This document shows positions 12,183 through 22,321 of a stretch of DNA of 64,000 nt, one piece after another; the first letter of the stretch is position 1, and each line of letters opens with the position of its first letter. Origin of the DNA: Actinomycetes bacterium (GTDB taxonomy: Bacteria; Actinomycetota; Actinomycetes; Nanopelagicales; Nanopelagicaceae). The stretch covers positions 3,153 to 67,152 of the forward strand of contig JBAXFS010000001.1 of assembly GCA_037139795.1 (NCBI GenBank), read 5' to 3'. A program made the translations under genes and the position numbers. A model generated the notes under the pieces. The model was not told the origin of the DNA and ran no database searches. It saw only the letters and a list, made by a program, of their open reading frames with translations.

Positions 12183-14263
12183 TAAACCCCAGCCTCTTCC
12201 ATTGAACGAAGTTCACGCTTTAAAATCTTAATCTCATCTCTCAGGCGTGCAGCGACCTCGAACTGAAGTTCGGCGGCGGCATTCTTCATCTGATCAGTGA
12301 GCGAGCCTATCAATCCAATCAACTCTTGGCGTGGCAGAGTCACTGAGCTTTTCGTGAAGAGTCCCGCCGATGCAAGGGTTTTCTGGTTAGCTTTCTTGCT
12401 TGTTGCAAGAATCGCCTCGGTATCCTCACTCTCGCGGTTAATCAAGTCGGTGATATCTGCAATTTTTTTGCGCAGAGGTTGAGGATCTACGCCACGCTCT
12501 GCATTGTAGGCAACTTGCTTTGCACGGCGCCGGTTGGTCTCATCGATGGCTTTGGCCATTGAATCGGTGATGTTATCGGCGTACATATGGACTTCGCCGG
12601 AAACATTTCGCGCAGCACGTCCAATGGTTTGAATAAGTGAGGTAGCAGATCTCAAAAAGCCCTCTTTATCGGCATCTAAGATCGCGACGAGAGAAACCTC
12701 TGGAAGGTCTAAACCTTCGCGCAGTAAGTTGATTCCAATCAGAACGTCGTAATCACCCATGCGCAGTTCACGCAGCAGTTCAACTCGGCGCAAAGTATCG
12801 ACCTCTGAGTGCAAATAGCGCACGCGCACACCCTTTTCCTGCATATACTCAGTCAAATCCTCGGACATCTTCTTGGTCAACGTTGTAACAAGAACGCGCT
12901 CATTCTTTTCGGCACGGATACTAATCTCGTTTAATAGATCATCGATCTGTCCCTTAATGGGCTTAATGACAATCTGCGGATCTATTAAGCCAGTTGGGCG
13001 AATAACTTGCTCGACCACATCACCATTAACTTTAGCCATCTCATATTTACCCGGTGTTGCCGATAGGTAAAGCTTCTGACCAGTGCGCTCTAGAAATTCA
13101 GGAAACTTCAGAGGTCGGTTATCTAACGCACTTGGCAGGCGGAAACCATGTTCGACCAAGGTGCGCTTTCGGGATGCATCACCTTCATACATTGCACCGA
13201 GCTGCGGAACGGTCACATGGCTCTCATCAATAACAACCAGAAAATCCTCAGGGAAGTAATCCAACAAACAGTTCGGAGCAGAGCCTGGTCCACGGCCATC
13301 TAAATGACGTGAATAGTTCTCGATTCCACTACAAAAACCGATCTGTTCCATCATCTCTACATCAAAAGTTGTGCGCATGCGAAGGCGCTGAGCTTCAAGC
13401 AGTTTTCCCTGCTTTTCAAATAGATTCAATTGAATTTGAAGTTCATCCTCAATATCGCCAACTGCCCGTTTAATTGTTTCTGGACCCGCCGCGTAATGAG
13501 TTGCCGGAAAGATATACATTTCAGTCTCATCGCGCATGATCTCACCCGTTAGCGGGTGAAGTGTAGAAATCTTCTCGATCTCATCGCCAAACATCTCTAT
13601 TCGAATTGCCAGCTCTTCATACATCGGAATAATTTCGATTGTGTCTCCACGTACTCGAAAAGTGCCCCGCTCAAAGGCGACATCGTTTCGCTTGTATTGG
13701 ATATCTACAAATCGTCGAAGGAGAGCATTTCGCTCGATCTCCTCCCCTACTCTCAATGTAACCATCCGGTCGATATATTCCTGCGGAGTACCAAGTCCAT
13801 AAATACAGGAAACCGTGGCAACGACAATTACATCGCGGCGGGTGAGCAATGAGTTAGTTGCTGAGTGGCGTAGCCGTTCGACTTCATCGTTAACGCTGGA
13901 GTCTTTTTCAATAAAAGTATCGGTCTGTGGCACATAAGCTTCAGGTTGGTAATAATCGTAATATGAGACGAAATACTCAACGGCATTGTTGGGTAAGAGC
14001 TCTCTAAACTCATTGGCTAACTGGGCAGCTAAAGTCTTATTTGGTGCAAGAACTAATGTCGGCCGTTGCAGTTTTTCAATCAACCAAGCCGTTGTTGCCG
14101 ACTTTCCCGTTCCAGTTGCACCAAGTAAGACAACGTCTTGTTCGCCAGCTTGAAAACGCCGAGCAATTTCAGCGATAGCTTCGGGCTGATCTCCCGCCGG
14201 AATGTAATCGCTGATAACTTCAAATGGCTCGACCCGTCGCTGTAAGTCGGATATCGGGCGCAT
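12182..14263 (-). CDS. uvrB: Excinuclease ABC subunit B
   Basis: [28 protein letters not shown] beta-hairpin, [15 protein letters not shown] and UVR coiled coil. Confidence 0.99.
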   Translation of the reverse strand: MRPISDLQRRVEPFEVISDYIPAGDQPEAIAEIARRFQAGEQDVVLLGATGTGKSATTAWLIEKLQRPTLVLAPNKTLAAQLANEFRELLPNNAVEYFVSYYDYYQPEAYVPQTDTFIEKDSSVNDEVERLRHSATNSLLTRRDVIVVATVSCIYGLGTPQEYIDRMVTLRVGEEIERNALLRRFVDIQYKRNDVAFERGTFRVRGDTIEIIPMYEELAIRIEMFGDEIEKISTLHPLTGEIMRDETEMYIFPATHYAAGPETIKRAVGDIEDELQIQLNLFEKQGKLLEAQRLRMRTTFDVEMMEQIGFCSGIENYSRHLDGRGPGSAPNCLLDYFPEDFLVVIDESHVTVPQLGAMYEGDASRKRTLVEHGFRLPSALDNRPLKFPEFLERTGQKLYLSATPGKYEMAKVNGDVVEQVIRPTGLIDPQIVIKPIKGQIDDLLNEISIRAEKNERVLVTTLTKKMSEDLTEYMQEKGVRVRYLHSEVDTLRRVELLRELRMGDYDVLIGINLLREGLDLPEVSLVAILDADKEGFLRSATSLIQTIGRAARNVSGEVHMYADNITDSMAKAIDETNRRRAKQVAYNAERGVDPQPLRKKIADITDLINRESEDTEAILATSKKANQKTLASAGLFTKSSVTLPRQELIGLIGSLTDQMKNAAAELQFEVAARLRDEIKILKRELRSMEEAGV

Positions 14264-14275
14264 TAAGTGATTCTA
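14264..14275 (-). promoter_or_regulatory. Leaderless-type -10 box for uvrB (TAGAAT-N6-ATG); its TAG is the coaE stop codon
   Basis: Minus strand reads TAGAAT cactta ATG; no RBS before uvrB. Confidence 0.72.
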
Positions 14276-14863
14276 CTTTGAAGAGGTGGCTAAAGCCTCC
14301 CAAATATTTTCCACTTGGCGCAGCAAATCATCCTTGGAGCCGCTGTTTTCTATGACGAAGTCGGCGATCGAGACCCTCTCTTCGCGTGAGGCTTGAGACG
14401 CCATCCGAGCCTGAATCTCCGATAGGTGTAGTCCTTTTTCTCGGAGCCGAGAAATGCGCTTGTCCATATCGGCCTCAACTGTAATAACAGTTTCAAATCG
14501 ATCGGCCCCATGTGACTCAAAGAGAAGCGGAATCTCATAGACCAAAGTTTGATTTCCCGTCAGCGAGGCAACTGCAGCTTCAAACTCACTGCGCACCCAT
14601 GGATGAATAATTGCCTCTAGCGCAGCTTTCTTGGTTGGATCCTTAAAAACCAATTCACCTAAGGCTCGGCGGTCTATTTCGCCATCTCTTAAAATTGAAT
14701 CGCCGAATATCGCAACAACTTCATCGAATCCCGTTGATCCCCGCTCAATAGCTGCGCGCGCTAACTGGTCGGCATCAATAACTATCGCTCCGTGGTCGGC
14801 GAAGTATTCGGCCGCAAGAGACTTACCGCAACCGATTCCTCCAGTGAGAGCCACAACACGCAT
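14273..14863 (-). CDS. coaE: Dephospho-CoA kinase
   Basis: ALTGGIGCGKS P-loop, IDADQLAR, DRRALGELVF, IIHPWV and EIPLLFE. Confidence 0.98.
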   Translation of the reverse strand: MRVVALTGGIGCGKSLAAEYFADHGAIVIDADQLARAAIERGSTGFDEVVAIFGDSILRDGEIDRRALGELVFKDPTKKAALEAIIHPWVRSEFEAAVASLTGNQTLVYEIPLLFESHGADRFETVITVEADMDKRISRLREKGLHLSEIQARMASQASREERVSIADFVIENSGSKDDLLRQVENIWEALATSSK

Positions 14864-14875
14864 GCAGAAAGGATA
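14864..14875 (-). promoter_or_regulatory. Leaderless-type -10 box for coaE (TATCCT-N6-ATG)
   Basis: Minus strand reads TATCCT ttctgc ATG; no RBS. Confidence 0.65.
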
Positions 14876-14970
14876 GCGCCAGCTTGTCTTGATTGTTTCA
14901 AAGAGAGTGCATTAGAAGTAAGTGAGGTTAAAAGACAACAGCTCACGTCTTCAATGGACTCCTTTGAAAT

Positions 14971-15002
14971 GAAAAAAGGCCCGGCAGTTACGCCGGGCCT
15001 TT
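14971..15002 (-). terminator. Rho-independent terminator after rpsA
   Basis: Minus strand AAAGGCCCGGC-gtaact-GCCGGGCCTTT continuing into TTTCATTT: 11-bp stem plus U-tract, 11 nt after the rpsA stop. Confidence 0.92.
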
Positions 15003-15013
15003 CATTCAAGTAT

Positions 15014-16393
15014 TTATTCTGCTGTTACAGCCTCTGCGACGGCCTCTACTGCGCCATCTTCAGGAGTTGCTGCAGCATCTGCGGCCTTTGCTTCGGCCTT
15101 CTGCTTTTTATGTGCCATGAAGCGCTCTTGAGCTTGAGTGTATTGACGCTCCCACTCTTCGCGCTGAACTTCATGTCCTGGCTTCCACTCTTGAGTCTCT
15201 GAATCGAAACCTTCTGGGTAGATGAAGTTTCCCTCTGCGTCATAACGCGCAGCCATTCCATACTGAGTTGGATCAAATGCTTCAATCTCAATCTCATGTC
15301 CTTCATTTGCTTGCTTCAATGAAAGTGAGATGCGACGACGCTCTAGATCGATATCGATAATCTTTACGAAGAGCTCGTCATCAACTGCGACAACCTGCTC
15401 TGGAATCTCAACGTGGCGCTCGGCCAACTCTGAGATGTGAACGAGGCCTTCAATGCCCTCGTGTACGCGGATAAATGCACCGAATGGAACAAGCTTTGTC
15501 ACAACACCTGGAACAACCTGATTGATTGTGTGTGTGCGGGCAAATGCCTGCCATGGATCTTCTTGTGTAGCCTTAAGTGAGAGTGAGACACGCTCGCGCT
15601 CGAAATCAACTTCGAGAACTTCAACAGTAACCTCGTCGCCAACTTCAACAACTTCACCTGGATGATCGATGTGCTTCCAAGAAAGTTCAGAGACGTGAAC
15701 GAGACCGTCAACTCCACCAAGATCTACGAAAGCTCCGAAGTTCACGATAGATGAGACAACACCTGTGCGAACTTGACCCTTTTGTAGCTGGTTAAGGAAT
15801 GTTGTGCGTGACTCTGATTGTGTCTGCTCAAGGAAGGCACGACGTGAAAGAACGACGTTGTTGCGATTCTTATCGAGCTCGATAATGCGGGCTTCAACTT
15901 GCTTGCCAATGTATGGCGTTAAGTCGCGAACGCGGCGCATTTCAACAAGGGATGCTGGCAAGAAACCACGAAGACCGATGTCGACGATGAGTCCGCCCTT
16001 AACAACCTCAATAACAGTTCCGATGACAACTTCATCGCGCTCTTTCTTGCCTTCGATATCTCCCCAGGCGCGCTCGTACTGTGCGCGCTTCTTGGAAAGA
16101 ATGAGGCGACCTTCTTTATCTTCTTTTTGTAGAACGAGAGCTTCAATGCTTTCGCCAACTTTAACAATCTCATTTGGGTCTACATCGTGGCGAATTGAAA
16201 GTTCGCGAGAAGGAATTACGCCTTCAGTCTTGTATCCGATGTCAACGAGAACCTCTTCGCGACCGACCTGGACGATTGTTCCTGTGACTAGATCTCCGTC
16301 ATTGAAATTTCTAATTGTTCCTTCGATTGCGGCTAGAAAATCAGCGGCCGATCCGATGTCATTTACTGCAATTACTGGTGTTGTTGTAGACAA
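15014..16393 (-). CDS. rpsA: 30S ribosomal protein S1 (four S1 domains, actinobacterial type)
   Basis: DIGYKTEGVIP, LILSKKRA, DIGLRGFLPASL and GVDGLVHVSELSW. Start moved to the TTG at 16393 (MSTTTPV), preceded by GGAG. Confidence 0.98.
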   Translation of the reverse strand: MSTTTPVIAVNDIGSAADFLAAIEGTIRNFNDGDLVTGTIVQVGREEVLVDIGYKTEGVIPSRELSIRHDVDPNEIVKVGESIEALVLQKEDKEGRLILSKKRAQYERAWGDIEGKKERDEVVIGTVIEVVKGGLIVDIGLRGFLPASLVEMRRVRDLTPYIGKQVEARIIELDKNRNNVVLSRRAFLEQTQSESRTTFLNQLQKGQVRTGVVSSIVNFGAFVDLGGVDGLVHVSELSWKHIDHPGEVVEVGDEVTVEVLEVDFERERVSLSLKATQEDPWQAFARTHTINQVVPGVVTKLVPFGAFIRVHEGIEGLVHISELAERHVEIPEQVVAVDDELFVKIIDIDLERRRISLSLKQANEGHEIEIEAFDPTQYGMAARYDAEGNFIYPEGFDSETQEWKPGHEVQREEWERQYTQAQERFMAHKKQKAEAKAADAAATPEDGAVEAVAEAVTAE

Positions 16394-16522
16394 GTGAGCT
16401 CCGTAGGGATAGATGAGTAGAAGTACCCGCGTTTGCGGCTGGAGGGCAAGGGTACGGTTTGAGTGCACTCTGGGGCAAATCCGTGCGCATTTCTACGCTC
16501 AAAGAATAGACTTATACCCATC

Positions 16523-17749
16523 ATGAATCGCTATCGCGCCCTCTTCGCTCTCCCAAACGTTTGGGTACTGGTGCTCGCGGCTTTTCCTGCCCGAGTTGCC
16601 TATGGAATGGTGGGCTTAGCCCTATTTTTTAAAGCTCAACAAGAGACTGGCTCAATCGCATTAGCAGGGTTAGTCATTGGAACGAACTCATTAGCGGGCT
16701 CGTTTACTGCTGGTCTTCGTGGAACTCTCATTGATAAGTACGGGCAGAAATGGCCGCTTCGAATTCTCGTTCCCGGCTATGCATCGATGATGATTATTGT
16801 AAATAGTTCACACTCGTCAGTGGTTATTCTTATCATGGGAATTATTATGGGACTGACTGCACCACCGATTAATTTATCGATACGACCACTTTGGAAAACA
16901 ATCGTCACTGGGGATTTTCTTCGTACTGCATACGCCGTCGATACCTCGGTAATGAATACCGCAGGAGTTATCGGTCCCGTTATTGCGACTTCGCTAGCTT
17001 TGTCGAGCCATCCTGGAAGTGCGCTGCTGTTGGCAGCTTTGCTCATGATTACTGGTGGTGGTGCACTTGGTTTCGCACCGGTTTCGAGAGATTGGAGGCC
17101 AGAGAAGAGAGAAGTTGGTGCACAGTCTCTGTGGCGTAGTCCCGCACTTCGCTTAATGATGTTAGAGGGATCATTTATAGGTTTTGGTTGGGGAATCTTT
17201 GATGTTGCTGTGCCTGCATTTGCAACAATAGAAAAGGTGCCACACCGCACGGCTTGGGTCTTTGCGGCAATGGGCGTTTCAAGCATCATTGGTGGCTTAA
17301 TTGCGGGCTTGATTTCTAGACGCACATCATCTCTTGCCGCCCTAAGAAAAACGTATCTAGTGTGGTTTGTAGTCTCAATCCCAATGGCATTTACACATCC
17401 CGGTTGGTCCATGGCTTTAGCTGGTGCGTTTTTAGGCTTTGTTGGTGGCGCGATTCAAGTTTTCTATTGGGAAGTTATGGAGGCCGTAAGACCTAAAGGT
17501 TCGGCAGTTTCATATATGGCCTGGCTTTGGACCGTTGAAGGAAGTGTGATGTCACTTGGTTCTGCTGTGGGTGGGATACTCTCTGAAAAAATATCTCCAA
17601 CTTTCTGTTTAGCGCTAACTGCAGTCTCAATCGGTTTAGGAAATCTAGTTTTAACGATTGGGCGAGAGCGGTTAAAGGAGGCAAATCGCATTCCAACCGA
17701 TGATGAAGATATAAGTGCTAAAGAAGGAAACTCACCAATTAATACTTAG
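16523..17749 (+). CDS. MFS transporter, substrate unknown
   Basis: About 12 hydrophobic segments; MFS motif A-like GTLIDKYGQK. Start moved to the ATG at 16523 (MNRYRALF). Confidence 0.85.
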   Translation: MNRYRALFALPNVWVLVLAAFPARVAYGMVGLALFFKAQQETGSIALAGLVIGTNSLAGSFTAGLRGTLIDKYGQKWPLRILVPGYASMMIIVNSSHSSVVILIMGIIMGLTAPPINLSIRPLWKTIVTGDFLRTAYAVDTSVMNTAGVIGPVIATSLALSSHPGSALLLAALLMITGGGALGFAPVSRDWRPEKREVGAQSLWRSPALRLMMLEGSFIGFGWGIFDVAVPAFATIEKVPHRTAWVFAAMGVSSIIGGLIAGLISRRTSSLAALRKTYLVWFVVSIPMAFTHPGWSMALAGAFLGFVGGAIQVFYWEVMEAVRPKGSAVSYMAWLWTVEGSVMSLGSAVGGILSEKISPTFCLALTAVSIGLGNLVLTIGRERLKEANRIPTDDEDISAKEGNSPINT

Positions 17750-17753
17750 TTGC

Positions 17754-20342
17754 TCAATGTGCAGCTTCGTGCCACGTCAGGCCTAAACCCGCACTGACAT
17801 TGAGTGGGGCTTTAAGCGGATAGGCCGCTCCCATTTCACGTTTAACCAGCGTGCTCATAACATCTTCTTCACCCGCGACTACTTCTATAATTAGCTCATC
17901 GTGAATCTGCAACAGCAATCGTGATTTACGATCTTCCTTCTTTATGGCAGCTTGAACTTTAAGCATCGCTAACTTAATAATGTCAGCGGCCGAACCTTGA
18001 ATCGGAGCATTCAGTGCCATTCGTTCTGCCACTTCGCGACGTTGACGATTATCACTCATCAAATCGGGAAGGTAGCGACGACGACCCATAATTGTTTCGG
18101 TGTAACCCACTTTGCGCGCATCTTCAACTACGGTTTTTAAGTAGTCGCGAATTCCACCAAATCGTTGGAAATATGTATCCATTAAACCCTGTGCCTCTCC
18201 CGGACTAATTCCAAGTTGGGCCGATAGGCCATATGAAGATAATCCGTATGCCAGGCCGTAAGACATTGCTTTAATTTGCCGGCGCATCTCTGGATCAACA
18301 TCCTGCGCTTTTACACCAAAAATAACTGCAGCAATTGTTGCATGTAAATCCTCACCGGACTCAAAGGCGGCTAAAAGCTTTTCATCGTTTGAAAGGTGGG
18401 CCATGATTCGCATTTCAATCTGACTGTAATCAGCGGTCAATAGACCGACGTAGCCCTTGCCGGCGATGAACGCATTTCTAATTGTGCGACCCTCTTCGGT
18501 GCGAACCGGAATATTTTGCAGGTTCGGTCCGATAGATGAGAGTCGACCCGTTGAAGTCACGGTCTGTCCAAAGTGGGTATGGATGCGGCCATCGGGGGCA
18601 ATCTCTGTAATTAAACCATCCACCGTCGTTGCTAGCTTCTTAGTTTCGCGAATTCTCAACAGATGGGTCAGGAGTGGGTGGCCACTATTTTGGTGCAACC
18701 AATCCAGACTTTCCGCATCGGTTGTATAGCCAGTCTTAATCTTTTTCGTCTTAGGAAGTTTTAACTCATCGAAGAGGACAACTTGTAACTGTTTAGGCGA
18801 TGCAACATTGAACTCATGGCCTGCAGACTCATGGGCAGCCTTCGTTTCACGTGCCACTTCACCTTCAAAGAAGGCACGCAGGCGCTCTAACTCTGGCCGA
18901 TCAACGGCGATACCTATGCTTTCCATAGTTGCCAATAGTTCGGCAATTGGAAGTTCCATCGTTAGGAATAGCTCAGTTAAACCGCGCTCTTCTAACTCTC
19001 GAGTTAATGAATCGCGAAGTGAAAATAGGGCTCTGGCAGAAGTTAAAAGCTCTTGCTCTGGCGTTGACGAATTAATCGGAGAACCATTCCCCCAGCGCTC
19101 TTGGATATCGTTAAAGCTTTGGGCTCGCACACCAGGATTTACTAAATATGCTGCGAGTGAAGTATCAAACTCAACGCCCAGAAATGGCACGCTGCGTGCA
19201 AGAGATTTAGCATCATGAGCCAACTTCTTAACAGTTGGATCCTTAGCCCAATCTCCCATTGCCGATAAATGAACTAAAAAGACATCGTCAGGTGAAAGAG
19301 CGACGGCATAACGATGCAGTTTTTCATCTACTAAGGAGAATGCAACGGCGATTGGACCAGAGTGTGCAGCAATTTTTGCATCCGCCTCTTTGGAAGTTAG
19401 AACGCCTTCACTCACCACATCGGCAAAGAGCGTAAATTCAGGCTCCTCATTTGCCGGAGCATTAGTTTTAATCAAAATTGGTTTTAATCTATCTTTGAGC
19501 GTTTTAAACTCAAGTATGTCAAAGAGCGGATTCGTTTTAGTTTCATCGGCTCCGAGCCAAGCGAGCTTATCTATTGATAACTCCAAGGGAACATCGGTAA
19601 CTAAGGCAGTAAGTTCACTGTTGAGAATTACACTGTCGATTGAATCTCGTAGCGATTGCCCCACTTTGCCTGCGAGTTTGTCAACGTTAGCAATTAACTC
19701 TTTAAGAGATCCATATTCAACAATCCACTTAGCTGCAGTTTTCTCTCCTACACCAGGTACTGATGGCAAGTTATCGCTTGGATCTCCGCGCAAAGCGGCA
19801 AAATCTGGATACTGTTCCGGTGACATTCCATATTTCTCGATGACGGCCGTCGGCGTCATACGTGCCAACTCACTTACTCCGCGCTTTGGATAAAGGATTG
19901 TAGTTTTTTCATTTATCAACTGGAATGAATCGCGATCTCCCGTACAGATTAAAACCTCGGCGCCCTCGCGCTCAGCTGCCTTAGCAATTGTGGCTAATAC
20001 GTCATCGGCCTCATAACCATCTACGGCAAAGCTCGTAATTCCAAAGGCGGCGACTAGTTCGTGTAGGTAGGACATCTGAGAACGGAACTCATCGGGGGTT
20101 TTAGCACGTGTTGCTTTATAGTCAGGGAAAATCTCTGATCTAAAGGTTTTTCTCGAAACATCAAAGGCAACGGCAACATGTGTTGGCTTTTCGCTAATCA
20201 ACAATGAGAGCAACATCGTGGCAAAGCCATAAATCGCATTTGTATGCTGGCCAGTTGCGGTCGTGAAGTTTTCTGCTGGAAGGGCGAAAAATGCCCGATA
20301 AGCCATTGAGTGCCCATCAATGAGTAATAGGCGTTTGTTCAC
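17754..20342 (-). CDS. polA: DNA polymerase I
   Basis: LLIDGHSMAYRAF and YEADD 5'-3' exonuclease; TGRLSS, NLQNIP, ADYSQIEMR and LLQIHDEL polymerase motifs. Confidence 0.99.
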   Translation of the reverse strand: MNKRLLLIDGHSMAYRAFFALPAENFTTATGQHTNAIYGFATMLLSLLISEKPTHVAVAFDVSRKTFRSEIFPDYKATRAKTPDEFRSQMSYLHELVAAFGITSFAVDGYEADDVLATIAKAAEREGAEVLICTGDRDSFQLINEKTTILYPKRGVSELARMTPTAVIEKYGMSPEQYPDFAALRGDPSDNLPSVPGVGEKTAAKWIVEYGSLKELIANVDKLAGKVGQSLRDSIDSVILNSELTALVTDVPLELSIDKLAWLGADETKTNPLFDILEFKTLKDRLKPILIKTNAPANEEPEFTLFADVVSEGVLTSKEADAKIAAHSGPIAVAFSLVDEKLHRYAVALSPDDVFLVHLSAMGDWAKDPTVKKLAHDAKSLARSVPFLGVEFDTSLAAYLVNPGVRAQSFNDIQERWGNGSPINSSTPEQELLTSARALFSLRDSLTRELEERGLTELFLTMELPIAELLATMESIGIAVDRPELERLRAFFEGEVARETKAAHESAGHEFNVASPKQLQVVLFDELKLPKTKKIKTGYTTDAESLDWLHQNSGHPLLTHLLRIRETKKLATTVDGLITEIAPDGRIHTHFGQTVTSTGRLSSIGPNLQNIPVRTEEGRTIRNAFIAGKGYVGLLTADYSQIEMRIMAHLSNDEKLLAAFESGEDLHATIAAVIFGVKAQDVDPEMRRQIKAMSYGLAYGLSSYGLSAQLGISPGEAQGLMDTYFQRFGGIRDYLKTVVEDARKVGYTETIMGRRRYLPDLMSDNRQRREVAERMALNAPIQGSAADIIKLAMLKVQAAIKKEDRKSRLLLQIHDELIIEVVAGEEDVMSTLVKREMGAAYPLKAPLNVSAGLGLTWHEAAH

Positions 20343-20354
20343 GCGCCTATTCTA
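20343..20354 (-). promoter_or_regulatory. Leaderless-type -10 box for polA (TAGAAT-N6-GTG)
   Basis: Minus strand reads TAGAAT aggcgc GTG; no RBS. Confidence 0.72.
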
Positions 20355-20378
20355 GTTTGCCAGATACACTCTGGTCTT

Positions 20379-20792
20379 ATGAGCAATGATCATTTCCTTA
20401 AAATTATTCAGGAACGTGGCGGCGGTGCACTCGGGATAAAGATGGGTATCGAAATTATCGAAGCCTCTCCCCAGCGATTAGTTGCGACGATGCCAGTTGA
20501 GGGGAATACACAACCCCTTGGTCTACTCCATGGTGGAGCAAGTGTGGTTCTTGCAGAGACGCTTGGTTCGGTCGGAGCAGCCTTGCATGCAGGTCCAGGA
20601 CGAATGATTGTCGGTGTGGATATAAACGCCACGCACCATAAATCAGCTACTGAGGGAGTCGTTACAGCGGTAGCGACTGCGCTCTCGCTTGGAAAAACTT
20701 TATGCTCTTATGACGTTGTCATTACAAATGACAAAGGTGAGAGAACGTGCACATCCCGCATAACCTGTTTGATTTTGGCCGAGCGCAAATAA
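20379..20792 (+). CDS. PaaI-family hotdog-fold thioesterase
   Basis: NTQPLGLLHGGASVVLAETLGS and GVDINATHH motifs; TACACT 8 nt upstream. Confidence 0.92.
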   Translation: MSNDHFLKIIQERGGGALGIKMGIEIIEASPQRLVATMPVEGNTQPLGLLHGGASVVLAETLGSVGAALHAGPGRMIVGVDINATHHKSATEGVVTAVATALSLGKTLCSYDVVITNDKGERTCTSRITCLILAERK

Positions 20793-20793
20793 A

Positions 20794-21519
20794 TTACGAG
20801 TGCGCGCCAGTTCCTAAATAGGCCTCACGTACGGCAGGATCGTTGAGAAGTTCGGCGGCTGGTGCCTCTTTAACGACGTTTCCAGTCTCCAAAATATATG
20901 CGCGGTGTGCGCGTTGAAGTGCCTGCTGGGCATTTTGCTCAACGAGCAAAATAGTCGTCCCAAGACTCGTATTGATTTCTGTAATGATATTGAAAATATT
21001 TTGAATCATCATCGGAGCAAGACCCATGGATGGCTCATCAAGAAGTAATACTTTCGGACGTGCCATTAGTGCGCGCCCAATTGCCAACATCTGCTGCTCT
21101 CCCCCAGAAAGCGTTCCGCCAGATTGAGAGGTGCGTTCTTTCAAGCGTGGAAAAAGTTGATAAATCTTATCGAGGTCTTCATTCATCTCGGCTTTTCTAT
21201 TCTTACGGAAGTACTTTCCAATCTCAAGATTTTCTAACACGGTCATACCTGGGAAAATTCCGCGCCCTTCGGGCACCTGCGAGATGCCAAGTTCCACGCG
21301 CTCGTGGGGTGACATTGAAGAGATTTCCTGGCCATCGAATGTTATTGAACCTGATGAGACAGGCCGCAGACCGGAAATAGTTTTCAACGTTGTTGTTTTG
21401 CCTGCACCATTTGCCCCGATGAGAGTGACAATTTCGCCTTGATTTACAACGACACTAATTCCCTTTATTGCTTCAATTTTTCCGTAAAAGACATGAAGCT
21501 CCTTAATTTCAAGACGCAT
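20794..21519 (-). CDS. livF: Branched-chain amino acid ABC transporter ATPase LivF
   Basis: GANGAGKTT, VPEGRGIF, LSGGEQQMLA and LLLDEPSMGL. Confidence 0.95.
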   Translation of the reverse strand: MRLEIKELHVFYGKIEAIKGISVVVNQGEIVTLIGANGAGKTTTLKTISGLRPVSSGSITFDGQEISSMSPHERVELGISQVPEGRGIFPGMTVLENLEIGKYFRKNRKAEMNEDLDKIYQLFPRLKERTSQSGGTLSGGEQQMLAIGRALMARPKVLLLDEPSMGLAPMMIQNIFNIITEINTSLGTTILLVEQNAQQALQRAHRAYILETGNVVKEAPAAELLNDPAVREAYLGTGAHS

Positions 21520-22321
21520 CTGTAGGCACTCCTAAATAAGCCTCGATCACTTTTGGATCATTTTGTACAACTTTTGGCAAATCATCGGCAATCTTTTTTC
21601 CGAAGTCGAGAACGACCACGCGGTCAGAAATACCCATAATCAGTGACATATCGTGTTCAATCAAAAGGACTGTGTATCCGGCATCGCGGATACGGATAAT
21701 GTCATTTGCAAGTGCAACTTTTTCTGCTGGATTAAAACCGGCAGCTGGTTCATCAAGTAGAAGCAGCTGTGGGCCTGTTCCCAAAGCACGGGCTATCTCG
21801 AGGCGGCGCTGATCTCCATAAGGAAGGTTGCGTGCCAATTGATCGGAGCGATGATCGATACCCAAAAAAGAGAGAAGTTCATGAGCTTTAGCAATGCCTT
21901 CGCGTTCTTCGCGTCGAGAGCGTGGCGTTCCAAATAGTGAACCAACAAATCCGGAGCGTTTGTGCACATCTGTTGCCGTAATCACATTCTCTAATGCAGT
22001 CATATCACCAAAGAGGCGGACATTTTGAAAAGTTCTTGCTATCCCTAGCTGAGTGATTTTATTGCGTTTTTTGCCCGCAAGGTTTTGCCCGTTAAATCTA
22101 ATCTCACCTTCGGTGATTTGATACACGCCAGTTACTACGTTGAAAACCGTAGTTTTTCCAGCTCCATTTGGGCCGATCAGAGCACAGATTTCACCTTTAT
22201 TTACATGCAAATTGACAGTGTCCAGTGCACGAACTCCACCGAACTGCATAACTACATTGTCAAGTTCCAGGACTTTATCGTTACTGGTGGAATTAGTTTG
22301 CGCAAGCGATTGCTCAGACAT
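21509..22321 (-). CDS. livG: Branched-chain amino acid ABC transporter ATPase LivG
   Basis: GPNGAGKTT, GIARTFQNVRLF, LPYGDQRRLE and VIEAYLG. Confidence 0.95.
   Translation of the reverse strand: MSEQSLAQTNSTSNDKVLELDNVVMQFGGVRALDTVNLHVNKGEICALIGPNGAGKTTVFNVVTGVYQITEGEIRFNGQNLAGKKRNKITQLGIARTFQNVRLFGDMTALENVITATDVHKRSGFVGSLFGTPRSRREEREGIAKAHELLSFLGIDHRSDQLARNLPYGDQRRLEIARALGTGPQLLLLDEPAAGFNPAEKVALANDIIRIRDAGYTVLLIEHDMSLIMGISDRVVVLDFGKKIADDLPKVVQNDPKVIEAYLGVPTDAS

Noticed and set aside
14943-14965. Orphan AAAGGAG followed by TTG-AAG-ACG-TGA just after the rpsA terminator
   Set aside because: Could be a scar of a deleted gene, but the spacing is only 4 nt and the ORF only 3 codons; no supporting homology is visible.
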